The notes beneath the pieces were generated by a model, which ran no database searches, had not been told where the DNA came from, and saw only the letters and a list, made by a program, of their open reading frames with translations. Below are positions 9,931 to 18,385 of a stretch of 64,000 bases of DNA, piece by piece. This DNA comes from Candidatus Hodarchaeota archaeon. Lineage in GTDB: Archaea > Asgardarchaeota > Lokiarchaeia > Sigyniarchaeales > SOKP01. Location: contig JBHLJY010000002.1 of the NCBI GenBank assembly GCA_048887225.1, positions 96,001-160,000 on the forward strand, written 5' to 3'. Within the stretch, counting starts at the first letter, position 1, and every line of letters starts with the position of its first letter. A program made the position numbers and the translations under genes.

Positions 9931-11088
9931 CTAAAAATCTATTGGCCTCCCCTCATAAGCATATTCGAATATTTTTCGAAAATCTTCTTCTGAGGGACTT
10001 CTTGGATTAATGATTTTTGTGAAATCTGCATCTGCAAATGATACTAATTTTTCAATGTTTCGTTCCCATTCTTTTTTAGATATCCCAAAATCTTTTATGG
10101 TAATAGGAACATTAACTTTTTTTAAGAAATCTCGAACAAAATTAGCCAATGTTTTTGTAGCATCGTCATTAATTAATACATTTATATTATTCAAAATATT
10201 TTCATATTTTTTTTCACTTGTAGGTTTGTTAAATTCAATAATATAAGGCAACATTATGCTTACTGAGATACCATGTGGAATGTGATAAACAGCACCTATA
10301 GAATGACCACACGCGTGAGCAATAGCACAAACAGAATGACCAAGAGCTAATCCAGCAATAGAAGCGGCATAATGTACCTTCGCACGTATATTAATATCAT
10401 TTGCACCTTCTCCAACAGCAAGAGGTAAATAATTGATTATCAATTTAATTGCATGCAAATTCAAGGCATCAGTAAAATCTGAAGCTATATTACTATAAAT
10501 TCCTTCAATAGCATGCGTCAATGCATCCAAACCAGTTGAAGCGGTAAGTTTTGGTGGCATTTTTAGAGGCAACTTTGGATCAATGATTATCATTTCAGGA
10601 ACTAACTCTATAGAAGCAATTGCACCTTTTCTATTAGTTTCGCTGTCTGTGACTCCCGCTCCACCTGTACTTTCTGCTCCCGTACCAGACGTAGTTGGTA
10701 TTAATATTAATTTAGATTTTTGCCCTAATTTAGGGACTGTTCCTAAAATACATTCATGTAGTTTTTTATCTTCACATTCATAAAGAAAATATATCCCTTT
10801 TGCCGCATCCATTACAGAACCGCCCCCAAATCCGATAATTAAATCTGGTTTATATTCACGTGCAACCTCACCACCTTTGGATATAGTAATATCCATAGGA
10901 TCTGGTTCAATCTCATCAAAAAAAATAAAATCTTTTTTACTAAGAAATTTTGAGATTAAATTTCCATGTATCTCATTAATAACTTTATCAGTAACAACCA
11001 AAACTTTATTTTGGCTCAAATTTTTTAATTCTTTTAGAGATCCTTTTCCATAATAAATAATCGGTAATTTAATCATTCTCACAGTCAT
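9931..11088 (-). CDS. Iron-containing alcohol dehydrogenase
   Basis: GGGSVMDAAK, PTTSGTGAE, DALTHAIEG, HACGH and HG motifs. Confidence 0.95.
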   Translation of the reverse strand: MTVRMIKLPIIYYGKGSLKELKNLSQNKVLVVTDKVINEIHGNLISKFLSKKDFIFFDEIEPDPMDITISKGGEVAREYKPDLIIGFGGGSVMDAAKGIYFLYECEDKKLHECILGTVPKLGQKSKLILIPTTSGTGAESTGGAGVTDSETNRKGAIASIELVPEMIIIDPKLPLKMPPKLTASTGLDALTHAIEGIYSNIASDFTDALNLHAIKLIINYLPLAVGEGANDINIRAKVHYAASIAGLALGHSVCAIAHACGHSIGAVYHIPHGISVSIMLPYIIEFNKPTSEKKYENILNNINVLINDDATKTLANFVRDFLKKVNVPITIKDFGISKKEWERNIEKLVSFADADFTKIINPRSPSEEDFRKIFEYAYEGRPIDF

Positions 11089-11224
11089 CTTTATACTCCT
11101 GTCGTTTTTTAATTTCTTTAAATTTAATAATTTAATATGAATTTCATGACTATGAAGTAAGTATGAATAATATAAAAATATTTAACTTTTTTGTTAAAGG
11201 GCGATTTAGAATAAAAATCAAGAA

Positions 11225-11252
11225 ATTATCTGTTTAGTTCAAGATATATGAT
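11225..11252. repeat. 28-bp site S7, with shared left flank 11180-11224
   Basis: attatctgttt-agttca-agatatatgat. Confidence 0.8.
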
Positions 11253-11397
11253 CCTATACTACTTATCACATACTTTAAAAATATAATGGAAAATTAGGTT
11301 ATACCAACGACAGATAAAGTATTTTTTAGAACTAAACTTTGGGTTAATGGCTCTTTATACTTTATGATTAGGAGTCTTATTTCTTATTTTTAATAAT

Positions 11398-11610
11398 TTA
11401 GGGGTAAAAACCTGGGGCACCATCTTTAAATCTTTCTGAAGCGGGTTCACCTCCAATCCCCCAATGAGTTCTGGGGATTTCGTGTACAATTACTTCAACA
11501 GCATGCTGAGGTACGCCTAAATTAACAAAAACTTTAGTTATATTTTCAATTACTACTTTTACTCTTTCTTCTCCAAAACCTTTCCAAACATGAACATGAA
11601 CTATTGGTAT
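11398..11610 (-). CDS. 4-oxalocrotonate tautomerase family protein, ATA start (not in ORF track)
   Basis: Manual translation: (M)PIVHVHVWKGFGEERVKVVIENITKVFVNLGVPQHAVEVIVHEIPRTHWGIGGEPAS...; Pro-1 and the WGIGG motif are present. Confidence 0.85.
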   Translation of the reverse strand: MPIVHVHVWKGFGEERVKVVIENITKVFVNLGVPQHAVEVIVHEIPRTHWGIGGEPASERFKDGAPGFYP

Positions 11611-11703
11611 TTTATTTCAACTCTAAATTTATTTTTAAATTTAATCTATCTTATTTAATGTTAAAATTCTCTTTATAATATTTCCTTTAAAATTTATACT
11701 TAT

Positions 11704-13221
11704 TTAACTTTTTTCTAATATTAAGTCAGCTGCTAAACAACCTGTGTACATAGAAACGGGATAACCTCCTAAAAATGGCTCTAAAACCGAATATATCCCC
11801 ACCATTAATAAATTTTGTATTGGGGTCTCAATGAGCAATTTTGTTGTTACTCTTATTTTTTTCATATCTCGAGACCACCCTGCAACAGAACCATTATATC
11901 TTTGACCCCAATCTCTATAAGTTAAGGGTGTCGCAATTTCAATTTTTTGAATCGAGGATGAAAGTCCGGGTAATATTTGCTCGACAACTTTTATAAGTTT
12001 TTCTGCTAAAGCATTTTTATATTCTTTATACCCCTCTTTTCTCATTTTTTCTCCAATTCTCCATTTTTCAAAATGTTTATAGGGCATAGTAACCCTTATA
12101 ACTAAGCTTTTCATTCCCTCTGGGGCGAAATTCGGCGATTTATTCGACCATAGACAAATCTCAATCTCTTTATTTTCAAAATCATCGAGGTCATCATCTT
12201 CAGATTTTGCGATTTTTGCTCGATAAAATAAATGGTCTGCTCTCATTCGACTAAAATCAATCTTATCGGAGTCCACACCTAAATAAACACAAAACTCAGA
12301 ACCAGTATAGGCTGTATTTTTAATAATATCAAGGTATGATTTAGCAATCATATTTGGATCAATTAAATCTAAGTATACCTTTTTATAATCAGCATTTGCA
12401 ACGATCCAATGCGCTCTGAAAAATTTTCCTTCTTCAGTTTCTACACCGATGGCTCTACTATTTTCAATTATTATCTTTATTACAGGTGAGTTCAACTTTA
12501 TTTCGCCATTATTTTTCTGAATATATTCACTAAGTAATTCGTTAATCCCATGTATCCCGCAAGAAGGAAACCAGATGCCTTCAATAGACATAATATTCCA
12601 CATAAATGCAAGATGCACCATATTCATAATGGGCTCAAAGGTACCTTGACTCCCCAATAATCTTTTTAAAGAATCATTCTCTAGATACTTTTCTAATAAA
12701 ATTTTTGATGATTTTTCTTTATACCTTTCATATAATTCATACTCCTCTCTATGTATTTTCAATAGCAATTCTTCTGCTAATTCACGCTTTTTACCTATCA
12801 AATATTCTGGATGCCATTTATTTACTTGACTTATCACTTTCAATAATTTGTCAAACTCTAAAAAGAATTTTTCAATACCAATCCGATCTTCTAGATATAA
12901 TTCTTTTAATGCTTCTTTAAAATTATTCCACTCTTGAGAATATATTATATCAATTTTAGGAGTTATTAATTGAAAATTACTTCTTTGAAATGAAATATTT
13001 TGATTAATCCCTATATCATCTAATATTTCTTTTACCAAATTAGGAAAGCTAAATGACAAAGGACCCATTGGAAAATAAAAATTTCCCCTTCTAAATATGT
13101 GACTCGTGCCTCCTATATGATGAATTTTCTCTAAAATTAAAACTTTCTTACCTTTTGATGCTAATTTTGCCGCGCATGTTAGCCCCCCAACACCCGCTCC
13201 GATAATTATTACATCATACAT
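11704..13221 (-). CDS. Phytoene dehydrogenase/retinol saturase-like FAD-dependent oxidoreductase
   Basis: GAGVGGL dinucleotide fold, LEK..HIGG, ATPLTY and a C-terminal GGYP motif. Confidence 0.85.
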   Translation of the reverse strand: MYDVIIIGAGVGGLTCAAKLASKGKKVLILEKIHHIGGTSHIFRRGNFYFPMGPLSFSFPNLVKEILDDIGINQNISFQRSNFQLITPKIDIIYSQEWNNFKEALKELYLEDRIGIEKFFLEFDKLLKVISQVNKWHPEYLIGKKRELAEELLLKIHREEYELYERYKEKSSKILLEKYLENDSLKRLLGSQGTFEPIMNMVHLAFMWNIMSIEGIWFPSCGIHGINELLSEYIQKNNGEIKLNSPVIKIIIENSRAIGVETEEGKFFRAHWIVANADYKKVYLDLIDPNMIAKSYLDIIKNTAYTGSEFCVYLGVDSDKIDFSRMRADHLFYRAKIAKSEDDDLDDFENKEIEICLWSNKSPNFAPEGMKSLVIRVTMPYKHFEKWRIGEKMRKEGYKEYKNALAEKLIKVVEQILPGLSSSIQKIEIATPLTYRDWGQRYNGSVAGWSRDMKKIRVTTKLLIETPIQNLLMVGIYSVLEPFLGGYPVSMYTGCLAADLILEKS

Positions 13222-13224
13222 AGA

Positions 13225-13332
13225 TTTTAGATAAATTCACCCATAAATTTATGGATTAAGTAAAGAAGGGAGAAATTAGTATTTAAAGATTTAACTTTTT
13301 GGTAATAGGCGATTTAGAATAAAAATCAAGAA
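13225..13332 (-). promoter_or_regulatory. Repeated promoter module copy 4 (operator 13241-13254, TATA 13280-13287), fused directly to the oxidoreductase ATG
   Basis: ...CCATAAATTTATGGGTGAatttatctaaaatctATG. Confidence 0.75.
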
Positions 13333-13360
13333 ATCATATATTTAGTTCAGGATATAAGAG
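13333..13360. repeat. 28-bp site S8
   Basis: atcatatattt-agttca-ggatataagag. Confidence 0.85.
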
Positions 13361-13405
13361 AGAAATGAAAAAAAAAGAAGAATTTAAAATTTAAAATATT
13401 TCCTT
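13361..13405 (-). terminator. T-rich terminator region shared by the four 4-TM paralogs
   Basis: aaaaaaaagaagaatttaaaatttaaaatat on the + strand also at ~7044, ~9145 and ~16450. Confidence 0.55.
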
Positions 13406-13413
13406 ATTTAGTT

Positions 13414-13809
13414 TTATTTGCGCTTTTGTATTATAATATGAATACCTAGTATAGCGAAAAAGAGATTCACAATCATAGCTATTATGGTACCAGCAGAAAA
13501 TACATTATACATAATAATGCCAATAAGTTCAGCGATGAAAATTAAAATTTGTGCCATTACAGCAAATAACACCCATTCCTCAATCTTCTCCCAGTTATCA
13601 AGTTTCTTTAATAATCTTATTACAATTATCGCCCAAGATATAAAAACTGCTCCTACAACTCTAGCAGTAACTGGAGCAAAATAGCCTGCAGTACCTAATA
13701 TTGCATAATAAGATTCATAAGAAATAAAAAACCACAAGCCGTAAATGAGCAATACTATTAGACCTGCAATCCAAAATATTTTAAGTTCTTTATCAACATC
13801 TAATGCCAT
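13414..13809 (-). CDS. 4-TM small membrane protein, paralog 3
   Basis: Paralog family homology; GGAGG RBS. Confidence 0.9.
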   Translation of the reverse strand: MALDVDKELKIFWIAGLIVLLIYGLWFFISYESYYAILGTAGYFAPVTARVVGAVFISWAIIVIRLLKKLDNWEKIEEWVLFAVMAQILIFIAELIGIIMYNVFSAGTIIAMIVNLFFAILGIHIIIQKRK

Positions 13810-13864
13810 CGTTTTCCCTCCAATTAATTTTTTTTATTGAGATTTTTAAATTTCTATTTTTTAT

Positions 13865-13970
13865 GTTAGACATTTCACACATAGATTTAAGGATAATTTA
13901 AAATATTGATAAATAAGTATTTAAAGATTTAACTTTTTTGTAATGGGCGATTTAGAAAGAAAATCAAGAA
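13865..13970 (-). promoter_or_regulatory. Repeated promoter module copy 5 (degenerate operator 13879-13892, TATA 13918-13925)
   Basis: acatagatttaagg replaces ccataaatttatgg; TATA and BRE intact. Confidence 0.65.
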
Positions 13971-13998
13971 ATTATCTATTTAGTTCAAAATATAGGAT
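13971..13998. repeat. 28-bp site S9
   Basis: attatctattt-agttca-aaatataggat. Confidence 0.8.
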
Positions 13999-14021
13999 TT
14001 TTTAATACTTAAAATTTAAAT

Positions 14022-16376
14022 ATGTTTTACAAAGTTAAATTCTTATATAAGAAATATACATATGACGAGTTTTTAACAAAATTGAAAAGTTCGAAAAAAG
14101 CAATCTTTGTAGCTATAGCATTCTTATTTAGTGGTTTGATTGTTTTTCTATTTACTCCTACTGAACGACGAGTACTTCACGATCAAAATTCGGAAATCAA
14201 GATTGAAGAAGAAATAGCTAGAGATGCAGGATCAGGAACCATTTACTATGTCGATAGCATCAACGGGGATGACTCTAATCCCGGAACTTCTGGTACTCCA
14301 TGGAAAACAATACGTAAAGTCAATTCAATGACGTTCAAGCCAGGAGATTCAATATTATTCAAAAGGGGCGGAAGTTGGAGAGAGTATTTAGATCCTCAGA
14401 ATGGTAATAGCACGGATAAAATCACATACGGAACGTACGGAACGGGTCCTAAACCAAAATTTATTGGCGCTTTATTAAGAAATGAGACGATTGACTGGTT
14501 CGATATGGGCGGGAACATTTGGTCTACGAATAGTTCAAAAGAGGTTGGTTCTCAATTACTTTCGAATCCCAGCTTCGAATCCGGCACTTCAGGGTGGGTT
14601 TTCTACAATCACACAGATACTAGAGCAGAGGGTTACCAAGATACTATTCGATATGATTCTGGAAGTGCGAGTTATGGTATAAACTGTACAACAAGAAGCA
14701 TTTATCCTTATGATATCTCATTTAGAGCAACAGATATAATAGTAATACAAGGATGTCTTTACAATTTCTCATTTCGAGCGAAATGTACGCAACCATTTAA
14801 CATTAGCGCCATTGATATAATGAATTATACTGGTTCTGATACTATTAGATTAACTTCTCACACCACTAATCAAACTCCTACGATTACAACAACATGGAAA
14901 ACGTATCACGTTCTATTTAGGGTAGATAAATCATGCACTACAGGGTGGATAATATTTGCTCTTGGAGATGTTTTGCCTGAGGGGTCCATATTTAATATTG
15001 ATACATGTTCCTTCAAGATGCTTCAAAATGACACTCTGTTTTATGCTGATATCGGGAATCTAATTTTTAACAATGAGCAGGAGTGTGGTCTAAAAGTGTG
15101 GAATGCGACGGATTTAGATTCTCAGGGCGAATTCTGGTTTGATGAGGATAATTGGTTTGTAAAGATGTATTCAGTTGATAATCCAGCGTCGGTTTATTCA
15201 GATGGAATAGAAGTTTGCATGGGACGCCACATTATTGATGAAGAGGGGAAGCATGACATTATTTATGAGAATTTGCATTTGATGTACGGTGGTGCTCATG
15301 GAATTGGTGGAGGGAACACATACAATATCACAATACGATACTGTGATTTCTCTTATATTGGGGGAAGTGAACTGCCAAGCACTCTTTACAACAATATTCG
15401 ATTTGGAAATGCAATCGAATTTTGGTCAAATGCTAGCGATAATTTAGTAGAACATTGTAAGATATGGGAAATCTATGATGCGGGGATAACCAATCAAGGG
15501 ACCTACAGTGGCAATAAGCAATATAATCTTATATACAATAATAATACAATCTGGAATTGTGAGATGTCGTTCGAAATTTGGAATAACCCCGCTAATTCTA
15601 TTATGCATAATATTTATATCGAGAATAATACCTGTTATGACGCTGGTTCTGGATGGGGCAATAGCCAGCGATATGATCCTAAAGGTACTCATTTATATCT
15701 TGGATGGAATACGGCAAATACCATAGATATATTTATCCGGAATAACATTTTTTACGAGGTAAATATGTCCTGTCTATATATCCACAATGAAACGTGGTCT
15801 CAATATGCTTTAGGCAACCTCACTTTAGATTATAATATGTATTATTCTACAGCCGCAAATTATATGATTTATTATCAGAATGATTTGTATTTATATGATG
15901 ATTTCTCACAATATCAAGCTGACACTGGGAAAGATGCTCATTCGTATGCTGGACCACTGCCAAAAGTTAAGAACCTGGAAATAACTCCGAGTAATGTTTA
16001 TGTAGGGAATAAGGTTACTATTCAATTCGAAGTTGATGATATTATTGGTCTTAAAAACGTGTCTATTGAGATTTTTGGAAAAAATCACACATTAAAAGCA
16101 TATTCTGGTGTGTATAACTATTCTTGGACTGCTAATAATAGTGGAACTGTCAATTATAAGATACATATGGAAGATTTGACGGGTTATAATAATTCGATGA
16201 GCCGATCTATATCGGTAAATATCTATATCCCGCCAAGCGGCGATGATGATGATAATGACGATGATGATGAAGAAGCAATAATTCCATTCGGAAATTATTA
16301 TCTGCTATTTGCGGTTCTTGCTATGCTCTCTTTAATTGTAATTATAAAGCGAAAAGCAATTTTTAAAGAGTTATAA
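14022..16376 (+). CDS. Cell-surface protein: pectin-lyase-like right-handed beta-helix with inserted CBM4/9-like domain, acidic linker, C-terminal TM sorting signal
   Basis: YYVDSINGDDSNPGT..PWKTI, PGDSILFKRG, LLSNPSFESG, N-rich beta-helix repeats, poly-D linker and IPFGNYY-TM-KRK. Start may be TTG ~14081. Confidence 0.8.
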   Translation: MFYKVKFLYKKYTYDEFLTKLKSSKKAIFVAIAFLFSGLIVFLFTPTERRVLHDQNSEIKIEEEIARDAGSGTIYYVDSINGDDSNPGTSGTPWKTIRKVNSMTFKPGDSILFKRGGSWREYLDPQNGNSTDKITYGTYGTGPKPKFIGALLRNETIDWFDMGGNIWSTNSSKEVGSQLLSNPSFESGTSGWVFYNHTDTRAEGYQDTIRYDSGSASYGINCTTRSIYPYDISFRATDIIVIQGCLYNFSFRAKCTQPFNISAIDIMNYTGSDTIRLTSHTTNQTPTITTTWKTYHVLFRVDKSCTTGWIIFALGDVLPEGSIFNIDTCSFKMLQNDTLFYADIGNLIFNNEQECGLKVWNATDLDSQGEFWFDEDNWFVKMYSVDNPASVYSDGIEVCMGRHIIDEEGKHDIIYENLHLMYGGAHGIGGGNTYNITIRYCDFSYIGGSELPSTLYNNIRFGNAIEFWSNASDNLVEHCKIWEIYDAGITNQGTYSGNKQYNLIYNNNTIWNCEMSFEIWNNPANSIMHNIYIENNTCYDAGSGWGNSQRYDPKGTHLYLGWNTANTIDIFIRNNIFYEVNMSCLYIHNETWSQYALGNLTLDYNMYYSTAANYMIYYQNDLYLYDDFSQYQADTGKDAHSYAGPLPKVKNLEITPSNVYVGNKVTIQFEVDDIIGLKNVSIEIFGKNHTLKAYSGVYNYSWTANNSGTVNYKIHMEDLTGYNNSMSRSISVNIYIPPSGDDDDNDDDDEEAIIPFGNYYLLFAVLAMLSLIVIIKRKAIFKEL

Positions 16377-16414
16377 TACTTTTTTTTCTTTTTCTTAATT
16401 CAGTCTAAAATTGA

Positions 16415-16442
16415 ATCATATATTTAGTTCAAGATATAAGAG
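16415..16442. repeat. 28-bp site S10
   Basis: atcatatattt-agttca-agatataagag, lying between two convergent genes. Confidence 0.85.
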
Positions 16443-16493
16443 AGAAATGAAAAAAAAGAAGAATTTAAAATTAAAATATTTCCTTATTTAGTT

Positions 16494-16889
16494 TTATTTG
16501 CGCTTTTGTATTATAATATGAATACCTACTATAGCGAAAAAGATATTAATAATTATAACTATTATGGTACCAGCAGTTAATAAATTATACACAACAATGC
16601 CAATAATTTCAGCGATTAAAACTAAAATTTGTGACATTACAGCAAATAACACCCACTCCTCAATCTTCTCCCAGTTATCAAGTTTCTTTAATAATCTTAT
16701 TACAATTATCGCCCAAGATATAAAAACTGCTCCTACAACTCTAGCAGTAACTGGAGCAAAATAGCCTGCAACACCTAATAATGCGTGATAAGACTCATAA
16801 GAAATAAAAAACCACAAACCGTAAACGAGCAATACTATTAGACCTGCAATCCAAAATATTTTAAGTTCTTTATTAACATCTAATGCCAT
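16494..16889 (-). CDS. 4-TM small membrane protein, paralog 4
   Basis: Closest to paralog 3; start at MALDV. Confidence 0.9.
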   Translation of the reverse strand: MALDVNKELKIFWIAGLIVLLVYGLWFFISYESYHALLGVAGYFAPVTARVVGAVFISWAIIVIRLLKKLDNWEKIEEWVLFAVMSQILVLIAEIIGIVVYNLLTAGTIIVIIINIFFAIVGIHIIIQKRK

Positions 16890-16941
16890 TATTTTCACTC
16901 CAAATATATTTTTTTATTGAATTTTTTAATTTTCTTTCTTT

Positions 16942-17022
16942 TATTAGATATTTCACCCATAAATTTATGGATTAAGTAAAGAATTGACAAATAAGTATTT
17001 AAAGATTTAACTTTTTTGTAAT
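16942..17022 (-). promoter_or_regulatory. Repeated promoter module copy 6 (operator 16957-16970, TATA 16996-17003), truncated before the site
   Basis: Near-identical to copies 2-4 up to ...ttttttgtaat. Confidence 0.75.
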
Positions 17023-17400
17023 TTATTTCTATTGTTTTTCAGAATTCCCAATAATGATATTAAACGTATGGTTGAAGCAATATCTGCAAATCATCCTTTT
17101 ATTGCCCAGCGTATTGCTTCCTCTTCTGTCTGGAACTCTTGAGTTTGCCTTCTTTAAGACTTTTGCGAACTTTCTTAACAACTACCACTAAGTTCAAATG
17201 AACCCATATCACAAGAATTAATAATGAGTGTGCGCATACCTGGAGGAATGTATCAAAGAGAAATTCCTAATAATATCCCTCTTTTGCTATTACATGACTC
17301 CAATGATATAAATATATGGTCCTTGGTAGCTCTACCTGGTTCAGCAACTTTAAAATTTATAAAATATTAGTAGAATCTAAAAAAAGGGAGAAAAATAATA

Positions 17401-17907
17401 ATGAATGAGGAAAAAAAGCAAAAAGAATATTGGGATAACTTAAAGGGTTTTGCTATATGGCTCGGGACATATGGTTGGATAATATTGCTCTTTGGAGGTA
17501 TACTTTTCATTCTATGGGGATTTATAGGATTACTATACCCTGCAGTTGCAGAAGCTACAATTGAGCAGGTACCTGTTTTATACGCTAATCTTGTAATTGA
17601 TATAGCAGGGATTCTTCACATACATGGCCTATTCACTTATATAATGTGGTTTGTAGGTGGGATATTGGCGATTATTTTTACATTCGCATTTGTTAAACCG
17701 CGATTTTCAAATAGGTGGAAAGAAACGGATTATGATTATTTACTTAATGACGTTATTAAAATAGGTAGATTAAGAATTCCTCTAATGTTAATAGTTGGCA
17801 TTATTTTGGAAATTCTTATGTCTTGGTGGGGCGGATTAATAATTATAATACCCCTCTTGTTATTGGTTTTTATTGGGCCAAAGAAATATAAGTGGAAAGA
17901 AAATTAA
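17401..17907 (+). CDS. Hypothetical membrane protein
   Basis: Several TM segments; GGGAG RBS. Confidence 0.75.
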   Translation: MNEEKKQKEYWDNLKGFAIWLGTYGWIILLFGGILFILWGFIGLLYPAVAEATIEQVPVLYANLVIDIAGILHIHGLFTYIMWFVGGILAIIFTFAFVKPRFSNRWKETDYDYLLNDVIKIGRLRIPLMLIVGIILEILMSWWGGLIIIIPLLLLVFIGPKKYKWKEN

Positions 17908-17975
17908 GAAATTATAAAGATTTATTACTAATTATGACTAATTTAAGTCAAAATGAAAGAATTTAGATTTGAATA

Positions 17976-18374
17976 ATGTTTAAAAAATTTCCTCTAAAGT
18001 CTAAGGATTTTAATCCATTTTGCGAATTAATTGGACTTGATTTCACTAAAATTGGTAAAGGATATACTCAGTGCGCTTTGAAAGTTAATGAGAATTTATT
18101 AAATCCTCACAAAGTGCTGCACGGTGGAGTAATGTATTCAATGGCGGATACGGGGATGGGAGGGGCTCTTTATACATTATTAGACAAATCTGAGAGTTGT
18201 GCTACAATAGAAATTAAAATAAATTATTTTATACCCGTTACTTCGGGAACACTCACATGTAATACAAGTTTAATTCATAAGGGTAAAAAGACTGCTGTTA
18301 TAGAATCAGATATATTAAATGATGGAACTCTCGTTGCAAAAGCAATCGGAACATATTCTATCTTTAAAGTCTAA
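17976..18374 (+). CDS. PaaI-family (hotdog) thioesterase
   Basis: NPHKVLHGGVMYSMADT; TIEIKINY. Confidence 0.92.
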   Translation: MFKKFPLKSKDFNPFCELIGLDFTKIGKGYTQCALKVNENLLNPHKVLHGGVMYSMADTGMGGALYTLLDKSESCATIEIKINYFIPVTSGTLTCNTSLIHKGKKTAVIESDILNDGTLVAKAIGTYSIFKV

Positions 18375-18385
18375 AGTCGCATATT

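Larger units (their letters stand above)
13333..13944. repeat. ~600-bp direct repeat unit (site, terminator, 4-TM gene, promoter), paired with 16415-17022
   Basis: High nucleotide identity; similarity begins at the left arm of the site. Confidence 0.9.

Noticed and set aside
376-13990. Integron attC interpretation (ATTTAAC ... GTTCAAG about 60 bp apart, with inner TAAT/ATTA and GATTT/AAATC)
   Set aside because: Internal pairing is poor and the ATTTAAC part coincides with the promoter BRE. The long form is absent at S2, S3, S4 and S10, and flank exchange maps to the 28-bp site. It is not fully excluded; an IntegronFinder/attC covariance-model search would decide.
420-16442. CRISPR array
   Set aside because: Repeats are separated by 0.1-5 kb of genes and occur in both orientations; no cas genes are present.
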